Source: Methylococcaceae bacterium
Lineage (GTDB): Bacteria; Patescibacteriota; Microgenomatia; UBA1400; PJMF01
Reading direction: 5' to 3'
NCBI GenBank assembly: GCA_044370175.1
Contig: JBILVZ010000003.1
Coordinates: 1 to 61,810, forward strand
DNA length: 61,810 bases
The notes beneath the pieces were generated by a model. It was not told the origin of the DNA and did not search any database. It was given only the letters and a program-made list of their open reading frames with translations. This document shows, piece after piece, positions 35,650 through 43,786 of this stretch. Positions within the stretch are counted from its first letter, which is position 1. The number at the start of each line of letters is the position of its first letter. Made by a program: the position numbers and the translations under genes.

Positions 35650-38091
35650 TTAGTTGGACTTTGTGCTCACTGAGGGCCACTGTGCGGTAATCAATTGTTT
35701 GGAAAGCGAGGTGTTTTTTGTTCTCAATTCTTGCCAGATTTTTTCTGTCACAAATGGCATAAAGGGGTGGATCATCTGCAAAAAGGTGTAGAGACCTTCT
35801 TGTAAAACCTGTAATGAGAGTTTTCCTTGTTTTTGTTGCTCGATACAAGTATCACAAAACCAGTGCCAAAATTCGTTATACAACGTATCTGCTGCCAACC
35901 CTATCTTGCGCTCCTCCATATTTTTAGTCACCTCACTAGTTATAGAACTCATTTTTTTCAAAAATGCAGCATCGTCAATTTCTTGTGCTAGTTTGGTTGT
36001 TTCAGATGGTGGTCTAGCGGTTGTAGAGATCTCGTTTTCAGCTTGTAAAGCAATATAGCGTGCTGCATTCCAAATTTTATTGGAGAAGTTACGCATTGCT
36101 TTAAAATCTTGATCTCCAACTGACTTATCAAGCCCCGGGGTAGAGCGGATCACGAGTGCCATTCTCAGTGCATCTGCGCCAAACTTTTCGACAATTTCCA
36201 GTGGATTGATAACATTGCCTTTACTCTTGCTCATCTTTTGACCCTTTGTGTCGCGTACTAGACCGTGTAAATACACTTCAGAAAAAGGGGTCTGTCCTGT
36301 AATATATATTCCCATGATCATCATCCGCATTACCCAAAAGGGGAGAATGTCATAACCGGTTTCCATAATTGTAGTAGGGTAAAAGCGTGAAAAATCATCT
36401 GGTTTGTTGGTTTTGAGTGTTACCACTGGCCATTGAGCAGACGAGAACCATGTGTCAAAAGTGTCGGTTTCAGGTAGATATAATACTTCATTTTTGGTTG
36501 CTTGATTCGTGTTTTTTATGTGTATTTGTTTTGTTTTATCAGCAGCAGTTTGACCACCTTCTTGTGGAGTAGTAGCTGTAGCTGTGGTATTTGGTGGGTC
36601 GATAGAAATGATATACGGGACGGTGCTTTCAGCAAATAGTTGTTGTAAACCTGCGGTTATTTCCTCGAGTGAATGCTCTTTGAGGAGCTCAGCAACGACT
36701 CCTTGTTTGAGTTCTTTTTGCGCACTAATAAAAGAGACGGTGATCTTATCCTCATAGCCGGTCAAGGTATACCAAACGGGAATGCGAATTCCCCATACCG
36801 TCTGCCTGCTAATATTCCAATCTTGTAAGTTCTCAAGCCAATGGCGCAGGATTTTTTCCCGGCCAGCACCGTGTAAAATTGTTTTCCCCTCATCCAAGGC
36901 CTGGAGAGCAGCTTTCGTCAAGCTTTTTCTCTCCTCATTTACTTTGATAAAAAATTGAGGTAAGGGGAGTGGTTCAAGGATTCGTCCACACTTGTAGCAG
37001 GTGCCAATTCTGTTTTGATAGGCAGTATCTATTTTTTCGAGTAAGCCATCTGGATATTCTGGTGTTATCTTTGCTTGAAGATCAGCAACGACAGCTTCAC
37101 GAGCTGCCTTTGTGCTAAGACCAGTATATTTACCTGCTCCATCAGTCATTTTACCTCTTCTGTCAATCGCAATTATGATGGGTAGTTTGTGGCGTTTGGC
37201 CACGGCAAAGTCATTGAAATCATGGGCGGGGGTGAGTTTTACGATACCCGTCCCAAACGCTGGATCGACAAACGCATCAGCAATAATTTCCATCTCCGCG
37301 TCTGTGAGTGGATTGAGGACTTTTTTGCCAATTAAATGCTTGGTTTTCTTGTTGTCTGGATCTACAGCCAAATGGGTATCTGCCCAGATTGGTTCAGGAC
37401 GAGTGGTGGCAAGTGTAATGTAGGTACTTGGGTTTTCTGCCAGACGATAGCGGACGTAGTAGAGTGGGGTAGTCTGATCGATGTGATTGACCTCAAGTTC
37501 AGAAAATGAGGTGCCACAGTTGACACAAAAATTGACGAGCTGGAGGTCTCGGTAGACGAGTCCATCTGAAGCTAGTTTTTTGAACGTTTCCATCACAAAC
37601 GCAACAACGTCCGTATCGAGTGTAAAGGTAAAACGGCTCCAATCTGCTGAAGCGCCGAGCTTCTTGATTTGATTAACTGCTACATCTGAGTTTTCTTTGA
37701 CATAGCTCATGATGTCGTTGAAAAGTGTCTGACGATCAAAGTCAAACCGAGATTTACCTTGTTTTTTTAGTTTCTTTTCATAGACAAACTGTGTCTCAAT
37801 ACCGGCATGATCGGTGCCAGGAATCCAGACAGCGGTATCTCCACGCATACGATGAAACCGTGTAAATGCATCTTCAATAGAGACGAACATGGCATGTCCA
37901 ATATGGAGTGGATCGTTGGCATTGGGAGGCGGCATGATGATTGAAAACGATTTGTTTGTAGTGGCAGCAGCAGATGTAGAAGCAGCAACTGGTGTGGTTG
38001 GCGAATCACTGCGGGGTGCAAAGGCATGAGCCTCTTCCCAGAGGGTATAGATCTCTTCTTCAGCTTGTACATGATCGTAACGTGATTCCAT
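35650..38091 (-). CDS. valS: Valine--tRNA ligase
   Basis: MPPPNANDPLHIGHA, PGTDHAGIETQ, DWNISRQ, DTWFSS, KMSKSKGNVINP, GADALRM. Confidence 0.97.
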   Translation of the reverse strand: MESRYDHVQAEEEIYTLWEEAHAFAPRSDSPTTPVAASTSAAATTNKSFSIIMPPPNANDPLHIGHAMFVSIEDAFTRFHRMRGDTAVWIPGTDHAGIETQFVYEKKLKKQGKSRFDFDRQTLFNDIMSYVKENSDVAVNQIKKLGASADWSRFTFTLDTDVVAFVMETFKKLASDGLVYRDLQLVNFCVNCGTSFSELEVNHIDQTTPLYYVRYRLAENPSTYITLATTRPEPIWADTHLAVDPDNKKTKHLIGKKVLNPLTDAEMEIIADAFVDPAFGTGIVKLTPAHDFNDFAVAKRHKLPIIIAIDRRGKMTDGAGKYTGLSTKAAREAVVADLQAKITPEYPDGLLEKIDTAYQNRIGTCYKCGRILEPLPLPQFFIKVNEERKSLTKAALQALDEGKTILHGAGREKILRHWLENLQDWNISRQTVWGIRIPVWYTLTGYEDKITVSFISAQKELKQGVVAELLKEHSLEEITAGLQQLFAESTVPYIISIDPPNTTATATTPQEGGQTAADKTKQIHIKNTNQATKNEVLYLPETDTFDTWFSSAQWPVVTLKTNKPDDFSRFYPTTIMETGYDILPFWVMRMMIMGIYITGQTPFSEVYLHGLVRDTKGQKMSKSKGNVINPLEIVEKFGADALRMALVIRSTPGLDKSVGDQDFKAMRNFSNKIWNAARYIALQAENEISTTARPPSETTKLAQEIDDAAFLKKMSSITSEVTKNMEERKIGLAADTLYNEFWHWFCDTCIEQQKQGKLSLQVLQEGLYTFLQMIHPFMPFVTEKIWQELRTKNTSLSKQLITAQWPSVSTKSN

Positions 38092-38139
38092 GGGGTAATT
38101 ATAACACTCTCTGAAGAATCAAATGCTATACTATAGTGT

Positions 38140-38598
38140 ATGTATTTTCACTCTGGATACACAGGCGGCCCATACTATATACAGAAAAAAGATTTTTCTG
38201 AATTTGCTAAAAGTAGAAACATGAAGCTGGGAATCCTGAATCTTAGCTTTGCAGTGATGTTTGGTGTATTGGAGTTTTTTATCTATCCTGAAGTACTTGC
38301 TCTATATAATGAAATAGAGGCTGTTTTACCCGTTACCTTAAAGATTGCCCCATACGTTGTTGGGGTAGTTTGTTTAGTTTTTGCCTTTTTAGGTATTCAG
38401 TTTATGATTCAGAGTAGAGAATTGAATGAAGCTCAAAAAACTTTTATGGCACAGTATTCAGATGATGCTATGATTACTGTTAAGGATGTTTTTAGTTTTC
38501 AGACAGAGTATAAACTGCTTTTCGCATACGGAATTAGTATCGCTGCATTTATCTTAACGACAGTAGTGCCTATATATCAACTTACCAGTCAACTATAG
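38140..38598 (+). CDS. Small membrane protein resembling the TM/periplasmic parts of PilC/GspF
   Basis: FFIYPEVLALYNEIEAVLPVTLKI and C-terminal AFILTTVVPIYQLTSQL echo PilC motifs; three hydrophobic segments. Confidence 0.5.
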   Translation: MYFHSGYTGGPYYIQKKDFSEFAKSRNMKLGILNLSFAVMFGVLEFFIYPEVLALYNEIEAVLPVTLKIAPYVVGVVCLVFAFLGIQFMIQSRELNEAQKTFMAQYSDDAMITVKDVFSFQTEYKLLFAYGISIAAFILTTVVPIYQLTSQL

Positions 38599-38646
38599 TG
38601 GTACATAAACGTACGTATATAATTATTAGAAAAATAAAGGACTTCT

Positions 38647-39399
38647 ATGCTCTATCTCCTCGGAATTATTACCTTTGCAATTCTTATTTCCCTCCGTCAG
38701 GTCAATCAGTATGAACGTGGCGTTAAGTACACCATGGGACGTTTTAGTAGTTTGGTCAACCCAGGCTGGCGGATTGTTTGGCCGATCTTTCAGAGCATGA
38801 CTAAAGTCGACATTCGTACCCGAGCGATGGACGTGCCGAAACAAGAAACCATTACCAAAGACAACGTTTCGTGCAAGATGAATGCAGTGATTTATTTTAA
38901 GATTGATGATGCAGCTAAAGCAATTAACGAAGTGGAAAATGTGATCTGGGCTGTCTCTCAACTAGCGCAAACCACCATGCGTCGTATTGCAGGTGAGGTG
39001 ACTTTAGATGAGCTGCTGTCAAATCGTGAAAAAATTGCCGCTCAAATTTTACAGATTGTTGATTCTACGACTGAACAATGGGGTGTAACAGTGGAAACGG
39101 TCGAGCTTAAAGATATAGAGCTGGCTGAAACTATGATCAGAACTATGGCGAAAACAGCTGAAGCGGAGCGAGAAAAGCGAGCAACTATTATAAACTCGGA
39201 AGGTGAGGTGGTGGCTGCACAAAACTTAGCTCAAGCAGCAGCACTCATGGCTCAAACTCCTGGGGCACTACACCTGCGTACCCTAAACTCAATTAATGAT
39301 ATTAGTTCAGATCAGTCAAACACTGTCGTTTTTGCCGTACCGATGGAGGTATTGCGTGCAATTGATGGAATTACTCAATATATGGGTCAGAAGAAGTAG
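38647..39399 (+). CDS. SPFH/band 7 (stomatin-like) protein
   Basis: QYERGV..GR..PGWRIVWPI..VDIRT..VPKQETITKDNV..LAQTTMR..TLDELLSNRE..WGVTVETVELKDI..AEAEREKRA..LHLRTL. Confidence 0.95.
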   Translation: MLYLLGIITFAILISLRQVNQYERGVKYTMGRFSSLVNPGWRIVWPIFQSMTKVDIRTRAMDVPKQETITKDNVSCKMNAVIYFKIDDAAKAINEVENVIWAVSQLAQTTMRRIAGEVTLDELLSNREKIAAQILQIVDSTTEQWGVTVETVELKDIELAETMIRTMAKTAEAEREKRATIINSEGEVVAAQNLAQAAALMAQTPGALHLRTLNSINDISSDQSNTVVFAVPMEVLRAIDGITQYMGQKK

Positions 39400-39903
39400 T
39401 TATCGTTTGTTTTTCCGCAGTGCCTGAATAAGTGACCGTAGCTCATCATAGAGTATGAGCACTGTGGGTGTGATGATGCAGAGAATAAATCCCCAGGGTG
39501 ATTTTATAAACCGAATGATATATCCAAACTTGGGTATCACTCCAATCACTTTGCCAATTACTTTTTCTTCAGTTATGACTTCTAAGTCTGCAGTTTGATT
39601 GGCGTCACCCTTTGTTACAAATTTTCCTGGATTTTTGGACTGCACTTCTTGAATACGGTGGGTGACTGTTCGGTCGTTTTCATCTTTGAAAGTAACCACA
39701 TCTGCTTTTATATACTCAGTTTGCTTCTTAATAATGATCGCATCCCCAGTCATGATGCTCGGTTCCATTGAACCAGATTGAACAACATAAGTACGCCAAG
39801 GGACAGTGTTACGAAACCAGCTCACCAGCTTGTAGCTAATAAATCCAAAAAACAAGGCAATCACAATGTAGACCACGATGTGCTTGAGTGTTGTTTTGTT
39901 CAT
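39400..39903 (-). CDS. sipW: Signal peptidase I, SipW/ER-type (S26B)
   Basis: VVQSGSMEPSIMTGD, VTHRI (His general base), TKGDANQTAD; N- and C-terminal TMs. Confidence 0.9.
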   Translation of the reverse strand: MNKTTLKHIVVYIVIALFFGFISYKLVSWFRNTVPWRTYVVQSGSMEPSIMTGDAIIIKKQTEYIKADVVTFKDENDRTVTHRIQEVQSKNPGKFVTKGDANQTADLEVITEEKVIGKVIGVIPKFGYIIRFIKSPWGFILCIITPTVLILYDELRSLIQALRKNKR

Positions 39904-39908
39904 GAAGA

Positions 39909-40574
39909 TTATCTACCGGGAAGAATCTGTCGTAGGTTAAATGTAATATCAAACGACGTACTATCACTTTGCACTTCATTGCCAAAATCTTTTCCTTCAG
40001 TGGTCCAATCAATACTGACAGTAACGCTCTGCCCAGGTGGTATGGTCACTTTTCCAGCATTTGCTTTCCAGAGTGCTTCATACTGAGCTCCGTTTTCTGC
40101 TGAAAGGTCACTCGTGAAAATTGTCCGTTCTTGATTGTTTTCCTTGAGCTTGATGACTGTTTGAATATTTTTGCCCAGCTCACCCAAATTTTCACCTGGA
40201 TTGGCGCATGTAGTATCTTCAAGAGCTTCTGGCTCATTGCAGTCATTCTCAAAATTTTTAACATTGGAAAGCGCAAAACTGAACTCACCAGGTAAACTTC
40301 CTACATTATTAATCACCCAAGATTTACCACCAGAAACTACGTTTTGTGCACCAACGCCACTTACTTGTAGACTCTCGGCTTGTTGATTGTTAATTCCTTC
40401 AACAGTCATGTCTAGCGTACCAACTACAAAACTACTCTGGGCTGATTGTTCGCGGTCCACAAAAAGCGCTTGCGTCGTCATCAGTCCAATGACGCCAACA
40501 AGTGAAATAAGAAATAAGCTTTTGAGCAGTCCAAGTTTTCGCAGCATGGTTGTGGGTTGTTGTAATCTTCTCAT
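39909..40574 (-). CDS. TasA/CalY-like protein with SipW-type signal
   Basis: TTQA|LFVDREQSAQSSFVVGTLDM; NVGSLPG; NEVQSDSTSFDITFNLRQ. Confidence 0.85.
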   Translation of the reverse strand: MRRLQQPTTMLRKLGLLKSLFLISLVGVIGLMTTQALFVDREQSAQSSFVVGTLDMTVEGINNQQAESLQVSGVGAQNVVSGGKSWVINNVGSLPGEFSFALSNVKNFENDCNEPEALEDTTCANPGENLGELGKNIQTVIKLKENNQERTIFTSDLSAENGAQYEALWKANAGKVTIPPGQSVTVSIDWTTEGKDFGNEVQSDSTSFDITFNLRQILPGR

Positions 40575-40581
40575 ACTTTAC

Positions 40582-41157
40582 CTATTCCGCCCAAGCACCA
40601 GAAGTTACTGTGTTCTGTAGTGTCTCGGTATCTGTAAAATGACTTTCTGGACTTTGACTGACAAATGAAATATTAAATGCACAGGTTTGGTTTTTTAGTG
40701 CTGCATCTTTATTATTGAACTTCACAACAAAGACAAGATCTTCCCATTTTTCTTGATCAGATAACTCACCAGAAAATGAGAGATTCATGAGATTTCCTGA
40801 ATAGACAGGACTCCAATCTTGCATAATAACCCCTTCGAGACTTTGGCAGAATGCATCCGAACCAGCTGTTTTTTGAACGCTGACAGAGTAGGGGAATTCA
40901 AGTTTTCCACTATTCTTAATTCTCACTGTTTCTACCTGGAATCCACTGGGAATCATTCCAGTGACTGAGAAGAGGAGAGATTTGGAGAGCTCGTTGGCAG
41001 TGTCGTTGGTGGAGAAATCTAATGTTGTTGCTTCAAAGCTATTGTTCTGAACATCTTCCTGATCAAACAAATCAGCATCAGTGAATTGGGTGTACGCGGA
41101 AAACACTGCTATGAAAAACAAGCTGAGTTTAAATAGAAGTCCGAATGTTGGTCTCAT
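40582..41157 (-). CDS. TasA/CalY-like protein
   Basis: DA(D)LFDQEDVQNNSFEATTLDF; LLFSVTGMIPSG..VRIKNSGKL; C-terminal FTDTETLQNTVTSG resembles a second donor-strand-like motif. Confidence 0.75.
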   Translation of the reverse strand: MRPTFGLLFKLSLFFIAVFSAYTQFTDADLFDQEDVQNNSFEATTLDFSTNDTANELSKSLLFSVTGMIPSGFQVETVRIKNSGKLEFPYSVSVQKTAGSDAFCQSLEGVIMQDWSPVYSGNLMNLSFSGELSDQEKWEDLVFVVKFNNKDAALKNQTCAFNISFVSQSPESHFTDTETLQNTVTSGAWAE

Positions 41158-41159
41158 GT

Positions 41160-41663
41160 TTAAGACTGAGTACTGTCATGCTTTTTCGGTTTTTCTTTAA
41201 AAATTTCACTACCCACGATCAAGATGAGTGGAATGACGATAAGTAAAAACATACCAAATGGCTGCTGACTGTGAACGAGCAGATATCCAGCTTTTGGAAT
41301 TCTAAACTGGTATTTTCCTACGATATTTTGTTGCGTGATTGGATCTGGGTCGGTGGCTTGGTTGTTATCACCTTTGGTGGTGAGCTTGCCCTCATCATCA
41401 CTCAAAATACGGTGAGTGACGGTTCTATTAGCAGCATCGTGGAACGTCACAATGTCATTTTTTTGATACGCATTTTGTGGTTTGATAAAAATAACATCCC
41501 CAGTCATGATTGTGGGCTCCATTGAACCTGACTGGACGATAAAACTTCTGAGTGGGAGTGGGCTTGATTTGCTATTTGAAGCAGTTGTTGCAAAGCTAAC
41601 GAGCACAAATGCAACGTAAAAAATCCAGAAAATACTACTGATAAATTGAAATGCTTTTTCCAT
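41160..41663 (-). CDS. sipW: Signal peptidase I, SipW/ER-type (S26B), second copy
   Basis: IVQSGSMEPTIMTGD, VTHRI, TKGDNNQATD. Confidence 0.9.
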   Translation of the reverse strand: MEKAFQFISSIFWIFYVAFVLVSFATTASNSKSSPLPLRSFIVQSGSMEPTIMTGDVIFIKPQNAYQKNDIVTFHDAANRTVTHRILSDDEGKLTTKGDNNQATDPDPITQQNIVGKYQFRIPKAGYLLVHSQQPFGMFLLIVIPLILIVGSEIFKEKPKKHDSTQS

Positions 41664-41683
41664 ATTATTTCTTTAAAACGCTA

Positions 41684-41709
41684 ATACGGAGGGTTTTCAC
41701 CCTCCGTAT
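41684..41709 (-). terminator. Intra-operon hairpin (partial terminator or mRNA stabiliser) after the putative major TasA-like gene
   Basis: Minus strand ATACGGAGGGT-GAAA-ACCCTCCGTAT, 11-bp perfect stem with GNRA loop, followed by an interrupted U-tract (TAGCGTTTT). Confidence 0.7.
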
Positions 41710-41742
41710 GCTTAGTACTCGTCGATCCACTCCTCAACTAAG

Positions 41743-42381
41743 TTAAGAAGGGTTTACTTGTGTCAAATCAAATTGTGCTTGGAAACTTAATCCATCACTT
41801 TGGATTTCGTTGCCATAGGTAGCTGGGTCGTTTGCCCAGTTCATTTTGACTTTAACTGTTGCTCCAGCAGGAACTGCTACTGTGCCAGCGTTAGTATTCC
41901 ACTGTGTAGCATATTGGCCTTGATTTGAAGTTGCCAATGTTGAGGTTACAACAGCATCTTCTTCATCATAGTTACCATCGTTGTCGGTATCAATTTTGAC
42001 AACAGCTGTGGTAGCTGCACCTAGTTCACCGAGTGCATCTGCTGCACAAGCTGGCTCTGTCACTAATTCTGGCTCATTACAACCATTTTCAGTGTTGGTA
42101 ATACTGTTAAGACGGAATGTGAGATTGCCTGGAACAGTACCAGCGTTTCGAATTGTCCATTCCTTTTCACCGGTCACAGTGCCATCTACACCGATGTTAT
42201 CAACATTGATACTTTCAAATGCAGTGCCGTTTTGGCCATCTACAGTCATATCCAATGTTCCAGCAGCAAATGTGTTTGAAGCTGAAGTCTCTGTATCACT
42301 GAAGAGAGCTTGGGTAAGTGCGTAACCGCCTCCTATGAGTGCTGAGACGATGATGAGAAAGAGCAGGACTTTATTTTTCAT
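41743..42381 (-). CDS. TasA/CalY-like protein, probable major subunit
   Basis: GGYALTQA|LFSDTETSASNTFAAGTLDM; NAGTVPG; NEIQSD..FDLTQ; strong SD GAAAGG. Confidence 0.88.
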   Translation of the reverse strand: MKNKVLLFLIIVSALIGGGYALTQALFSDTETSASNTFAAGTLDMTVDGQNGTAFESINVDNIGVDGTVTGEKEWTIRNAGTVPGNLTFRLNSITNTENGCNEPELVTEPACAADALGELGAATTAVVKIDTDNDGNYDEEDAVVTSTLATSNQGQYATQWNTNAGTVAVPAGATVKVKMNWANDPATYGNEIQSDGLSFQAQFDLTQVNPS

Positions 42382-42622
42382 TGATGAACCTTTCTTTTTA
42401 TAATATGTATATATTTATTTTTTTATGGACGAAATACTACGCATTTTGAGCGTAGATGAAGTCCAATAAATATGTATTTTTGATTGACAGATCAGCTCAA
42501 CTAATCTGGATTTTCAAAAAATAGCATATTTATATTCATTTATAAAAATAAATAAAAATAAATCACTTACTACAATACTTATAATTGAAATAGGTAGTCA
42601 ACTAGATACAAGTAGCTATTAA

Positions 42623-43759
42623 CTAGATCATTTGCCTTCTGATGGGTGTTTTTTTGCGTCTACGTTTGATGATTAAAAATATAAAAAGTACTAGTAATAG
42701 TATAAAGCAAAAATGTATATAAAATGTGCGTAGCATGAATCTATTATTCGCCTTTTGTGTGGGGTTATCCACAGAACTATCTACTTCAGTTTGAGCGCCG
42801 AGTACTTTCCCTTCATTTTTTTGACCAATTACTTCTTCTTTAACACTAAAATTATCCTGATTTTGATTTTCCTTGGGTGTGGGAGGTACTTTTTTTCGTT
42901 CCAAGATAACTTGCTTCGATGTTGGCCCAATAGCGCATCCTGAGCGAGCAGTAATACTGAAAAAGTAGTTTTTCTGTGGTGATAAACCTTGGGGTGAATA
43001 CTCGGTTGTGTTCCCGACATCAATGGCGGGGTAGAGCAACTCGCCATCGGTAGTTCCAAAAGTGAGCTGATAGTTTGTTGCATTTGGCAGCGAGTTCCAT
43101 CTCAGTTTTGTAGTAGTGAGATTGTTGGGGTTTGGAATACTTGTAAGGTTGAGAGTTCCTTTTGGTGGTGTGTTGCTGCAAGTTTGAGGTGTTGGTGCTC
43201 CTGGATTCTGTGATGGCTTTGGAGAGGGAAGAGGTGCGGGTTCTTTGATAGATTCATCACAACTAAAGCTGAGGTCAAAATCAACAGTTGCAGTGCTCCC
43301 TTGGTACTCATTCCCTGCTGATTTATTAAATAGTACATTCCAACTGTATTCACGCATTGTCGCTGCATTGAGTGTATCAATGTACAGTGGAGTTTCTGTT
43401 GTGAGTAACTTTCTTAGTGGAAAAGCGGTCAGTGGGGTATCTTTGGAAGTAACAGACAGTGTTAACTCATCCGACAAATCACTCTCTGAGTATGAACCGC
43501 TATGACGGGCTCGTACTCCCAGTTCGCAACCTTCGTCTTTTCGCTGATTATGAATACTCACTATTCTGCTGACGCTTTCGCCAGGAACCATATTGTCCGC
43601 AGTAAAGAATGGAGCATCAGAAGTAGAACTTTCACAAGCACCCTTCTGAGTACAGCGAATCACAATGTGCTGTTGATCTGAAATTGCAAAAACACGATTG
43701 GGAACGGCTAGGAAAATAACACAACAACACAGAACAGTGGAAAAAAAACGCCAAAACAT
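42623..43759 (-). CDS. TasA-like domain + fibronectin type III domain + C-terminal TM anchor
   Basis: Sec signal (VFA|I); PFFTADNMVPGESVSRIVSIHN..NEYQGSTATVDFDLSF; Pro-rich linker; FN3 (KLRWNSLPNATNYQLTFG..GLSPQKNYFFSITA); TM + KRRRKK. Confidence 0.75.
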   Translation of the reverse strand: MFWRFFSTVLCCCVIFLAVPNRVFAISDQQHIVIRCTQKGACESSTSDAPFFTADNMVPGESVSRIVSIHNQRKDEGCELGVRARHSGSYSESDLSDELTLSVTSKDTPLTAFPLRKLLTTETPLYIDTLNAATMREYSWNVLFNKSAGNEYQGSTATVDFDLSFSCDESIKEPAPLPSPKPSQNPGAPTPQTCSNTPPKGTLNLTSIPNPNNLTTTKLRWNSLPNATNYQLTFGTTDGELLYPAIDVGNTTEYSPQGLSPQKNYFFSITARSGCAIGPTSKQVILERKKVPPTPKENQNQDNFSVKEEVIGQKNEGKVLGAQTEVDSSVDNPTQKANNRFMLRTFYIHFCFILLLVLFIFLIIKRRRKKTPIRRQMI

Positions 43760-43786
43760 GGTGTCAGTATACTCGATTTCAAAAGG

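Noticed and set aside
42765-42773. Perfect DnaA box TTATCCACA
   Set aside because: Single copy inside a coding region (encodes VDN on the minus strand); chance occurrence is plausible.
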